DNA of 64,000 bases from Patescibacteria group bacterium. GTDB taxonomy: Bacteria; Patescibacteriota; Patescibacteriia; Patescibacteriales; JAQTRU01. Shown here one piece after another: positions 61,192-64,000 of the stretch. Positions within the stretch are counted from its first letter, which is position 1, and every line of letters starts with the position of its first letter. The position numbers and the translations under genes are program-made. The notes beneath the pieces were generated by a model. That model was not told the origin of the DNA. It made no database searches and saw only the letters and a program-made list of their open reading frames with translations. Location: positions 3,653 through 67,652 of the forward strand of contig JAQUPG010000008.1 in NCBI GenBank assembly GCA_028716725.1. The letters are read 5' to 3'.

Positions 61192-62589
61192 TTAATTTTC
61201 ATGTTTCCCATGCACTTTCTTCCCCTTGTCTACTTCTATGCCAATCGGCGTCCCCAAAAATCCATATTTTTCCCGCAGGCGGTTGGCGATAAAGCGGACA
61301 TAAGAAAAATGAAGGTCGTCCCGCGATCCAATCCGCAGCTGGAATTTCGGCGGATTGCTGCTTATTTGCTTGAATTCGTAAATGTGGGGCTTCTTTACGC
61401 CCTTGCCTTTGGCCGGCAGATGGATTTTTACGATCCTTAAGAGAAATTTATTAAGCTGGGAATCGCCCAAAATTATTTTTCTTCCCTCGTTAATTTCCAG
61501 GATTAAATCCAGAATTTTATTTGTCTTGCTGCCGGTCAAAGCGGAAGTAAAATGGATCGGCGCCCAGGTTGCGAAAGGAAATGAGCCGTAGATATAATTA
61601 GAATATTTTTTTGGGTCTTTCTTCTTAATTAAGTCCCATTTATTGGCGATAATAAGGAAACTGACTTTTCTTTCCATTATTTCTTCAACCAGCTTGGCGT
61701 CCTGGTGGGTTATGCCTTCATTTATATCAATAACCAGCAAAGCGATATTGGATTTTTCCAAAGCTTTTAAGGATTTGGCAATTCCGTGTTTTTCCAGCCC
61801 TTTAGTTTTTGTCCCTTTTTTGCTGATGCCGGCCGTATCAACCAAGATAATCGGCTTATCTTTGTAGATTATTTCCGTATCCTGCGGTTCGCGGGTGGTG
61901 TGCGGTTCCGGGCTGACAATAACCCGCTCATAGCCCAAAATTGAATTTAAGAGGCTTGATTTGCCGACGTTGGGCTTACCGATGATGCAGACTTTGACGG
62001 CTTCCATTTCCCCCTCTCCTCCCGGAACAGCAATTTTTTTAAATTTTATTTTTTTAAAAATTAAATCAAGCAGGTCCCCGGTGCCGGCGCCGGTAGCGGC
62101 GGAAATCGGGAAAGGTTCGCCCAGGGCCAGTTTATTAAATTCAGCCGATTCGGAGGCCTGCCGGTGATTGTCAACTTTATTAGCCACCAGAATTATTTTT
62201 TTCGTTTCTTTCAAAGATTTTTTAAGAAACAGGGCCATCTGCCTGTCCATCGGCAATAAGCCGGTTTTGGCATCAACCAAAAATAAAATTAAATCGGCCC
62301 GCTTTAAATATTGCCGGGCCTGATGCTGGACCTTGGCTTCTATACTGCCCGGTTTTTCTTCGGCGGAAATTTTCTTCGGCAGATCTATAATACCTCCGGT
62401 ATCGACCACAATAAATTTTTTTCCCCGCCAGCCGACTTCGTTTATGTTGCTGTCTCTGGTCGTGCCGGCGATATTGGAAACTAAGGCCTGATTTTTTTCC
62501 ACCAGGCGGTTAAAAAGAGTTGATTTGCCGACATTGGCCCGGCCGAAGATAATAACGGTCGGGAGGTTATTTTTATTATTTGAGTTCAT
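61192..62589 (-). CDS. der: GTPase Der (EngA)
   Basis: Two G domains (GRANVGKST, GKPNVGKSS) plus a KH-like C-terminus. Confidence 0.95.
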   Translation of the reverse strand: MNSNNKNNLPTVIIFGRANVGKSTLFNRLVEKNQALVSNIAGTTRDSNINEVGWRGKKFIVVDTGGIIDLPKKISAEEKPGSIEAKVQHQARQYLKRADLILFLVDAKTGLLPMDRQMALFLKKSLKETKKIILVANKVDNHRQASESAEFNKLALGEPFPISAATGAGTGDLLDLIFKKIKFKKIAVPGGEGEMEAVKVCIIGKPNVGKSSLLNSILGYERVIVSPEPHTTREPQDTEIIYKDKPIILVDTAGISKKGTKTKGLEKHGIAKSLKALEKSNIALLVIDINEGITHQDAKLVEEIMERKVSFLIIANKWDLIKKKDPKKYSNYIYGSFPFATWAPIHFTSALTGSKTNKILDLILEINEGRKIILGDSQLNKFLLRIVKIHLPAKGKGVKKPHIYEFKQISSNPPKFQLRIGSRDDLHFSYVRFIANRLREKYGFLGTPIGIEVDKGKKVHGKHEN

Positions 62590-62627
62590 AATTCTTTATT
62601 AATAGTCAATAATCAATAATCACATTC

Positions 62628-62647
62628 CCTGTCTGCCGACAGGCAGG
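62628..62647. repeat. CCTGTCTGCCGACAGGCAGG palindrome (variant of the CCTGCC family)
   Basis: Intergenic, just upstream of the der start. Confidence 0.7.
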
Positions 62648-62751
62648 TAAACAATATCTAATAATTAAACTTCAATAACCAGACAATTTATTTAATTGGT
62701 TATTGAATATTGAAATTTGTTTGATTATTGGAATTTGGTTATTGGTTATTT

Positions 62752-64000
62752 TTACTTCTCCGGATTGTCCACTCCCGAAGAAGTTTTGTCCGCATCCTGG
62801 CCCAAAATCAGGATGAAATCCGGCTGCTCGGGATTCTTTTCGTCTTCCAGTTCTTTCTTTATGTCGTCAATCAGCCATTGGGGCAGATTAAAGGAAACGT
62901 TAGCTCCGGTTTTTTCTTTTAAGACGGATAAGGATTCCATTTTTTCCCCGTACGTAAGGTCGTAAATTACGGATTTTTGAAAGTCCCGGTGGCTGCAATT
63001 GCTGATGCGGGCGACGTTAAACCCGTATTTTTCCAAATCTAAAGCGGTAACGCTCGCCAGGCCGTTTATCCAGGTGCCGTTCCTTATATCCAAAGAAGAT
63101 TTTTCCACCTTAACTTTTGTCTTGGCTTCAATCGGAGCGTCGGAAAAAATATTATTGACCAGGTACTGGATTTCCGCGAAGTCGCCGCTTCGGGGAGTTA
63201 GAATATAGGCGCCGTCTTCGCCCCTGGTTTCAACCAGGAGACCGTTGGCGCTATTATCCAGAACTTTGTTGGTGATGTTTTCTCCCGAAACGTCTTTAAA
63301 CATATTCCAGAGTTTTATGGCTTCCCAGATTTTTACGTTAGTGCTTAAATGTTCGTCAAATTCGCTCAAGATGTTGGTAATTATACTTGGCCGGAATAAA
63401 GTATTTTTAGACAGGAATTTATTTTTAGCCGCTTCTATAACTTTCTGCTGCCGCCGGGCGCGGGCGAAATCCGAGCCCTCGGCTCCGCCTGCGTGCCGGG
63501 AGCGGACATATTTTAAGGCCAGTTCGCCGTCCATTTTCTGCCACCCGGCCGGGATATGAAGATGTTCGAACCTGGCTTCATAAGGTTCGGCTTCTTCCAT
63601 TCCCATTATCGGATAAGATGGGTCGTCCAGGGTGTTGTCTACGTAAACGTCAATTCCGCCCAATTCATTTATAATATTTACAAAGCCCTCAAAATCAAGG
63701 CGGATAAAATAATCCACCGGAGTTTCCAAAACATCGCTTAAGGCCTGCGAAATGGCGACTCCGCCGCTTCCCGGAGTCTTCGCCTCCGCATAAGCATTGA
63801 CATTATTTATTTTTCTCCAGCCCAGGCCTTCCATCGGGATGGTTAAGTCGCGGGGGATAGAAAGCAGGGCCACCTTTTTTGTCGAGGGCTCTAAACTGGC
63901 AAGCATTACCGTATCGGTCAAATACCCGCCGTCATGATTTTTTCCGCCCATGCCCAAAAGGAGAAGATTAATCCTGTCCCGGTCTTCGCCCTTTAGCTGC
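62752..64000 (-). CDS. LytR-CpsA-Psr (LCP) family protein; N-terminus beyond the window edge
   Basis: INLLLLGMGGKNHDGGYLTDT, SIPRDL, LCP core followed by a LytR_C-like end; frame open to position 64000. Confidence 0.85.
   Translation of the reverse strand, partial: QLKGEDRDRINLLLLGMGGKNHDGGYLTDTVMLASLEPSTKKVALLSIPRDLTIPMEGLGWRKINNVNAYAEAKTPGSGGVAISQALSDVLETPVDYFIRLDFEGFVNIINELGGIDVYVDNTLDDPSYPIMGMEEAEPYEARFEHLHIPAGWQKMDGELALKYVRSRHAGGAEGSDFARARRQQKVIEAAKNKFLSKNTLFRPSIITNILSEFDEHLSTNVKIWEAIKLWNMFKDVSGENITNKVLDNSANGLLVETRGEDGAYILTPRSGDFAEIQYLVNNIFSDAPIEAKTKVKVEKSSLDIRNGTWINGLASVTALDLEKYGFNVARISNCSHRDFQKSVIYDLTYGEKMESLSVLKEKTGANVSFNLPQWLIDDIKKELEDEKNPEQPDFILILGQDADKTSSGVDNPEK

Noticed and set aside
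241-63741. Dozens of 60-200 aa reverse-strand or out-of-frame ORFs nested inside long conserved genes (for example 49252..49863 -, 25043..25486 -, 11909..12283 -, 57713..58150 +, 63245..63559 +)
   Set aside because: These are shadow ORFs of well-supported genes (pheT, purL, uvrA, topA, LCP and others). They have low-complexity or Ser/Pro/Phe-rich translations and no SD sequences.

Overview
This is an AT-rich, gene-dense window. Gene content suggests a small-genome, CPR/Patescibacteria-like bacterium: archaeal-type PyrH, EndoQ, a translin/TRAX-like protein, a GNA1-type acetyltransferase next to a domain-truncated GlmU, tRNA-Ile(UAU), and ComEC/DprA/PilB-type genes. That lineage call is inference only. 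The backbone is housekeeping: glmS (partial), recA, uvrA, topA, dprA, pth, der, tyrS, argS, glyQS, valS, pheS/pheT, hsp20, an LCP protein (partial) and others. The main non-backbone observations are: (1) A roughly 1 kb ORF-free, GC-rich, helix-dense region at 13.25-14.23 kb with its own promoters and terminators; I read it as a candidate very large structured ncRNA of no family I recognise. (2) A higher-GC metabolic island at 22.3-31.4 kb (receiver-like gene, purN, large purL, cimA/leuA-family synthase). It carries a textbook 4-segment attenuator with a 32-codon leader peptide holding 10 Ile codons upstream of the citramalate-synthase-like gene, a hairpin leader upstream of purN, and a string of SD-preceded mini-ORFs. 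(3) At least four families of short palindromic or structured repeats. Two of them sit in frame inside protein genes (EndoQ, IMPase, DHH phosphoesterase) or donate the start codon and N-terminus of valS and the IMPase gene. One pair brackets a tRNA-Ile(UAU) gene in a locus littered with decayed tRNA copies. (4) A low-GC accessory island at 52.1-56.3 kb (HNH, LexA/CI-like S24 repressor, M15 endolysin-like peptidase, TcmP-like protein plus a CxxxCxxxC radical-SAM-like partner). (5) Several orphan promoter-to-terminator units likely to be small RNAs, including a 198-nt rod-shaped 6S-like candidate, and a tRNA with an anomalous AGA anticodon. No rRNA, CRISPR array or transposase gene was seen. All calls come from reading the sequence and the ORF track; no database search or folding program was run. 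Coordinates of non-ORF features are hand-counted and may be off by a base or two.
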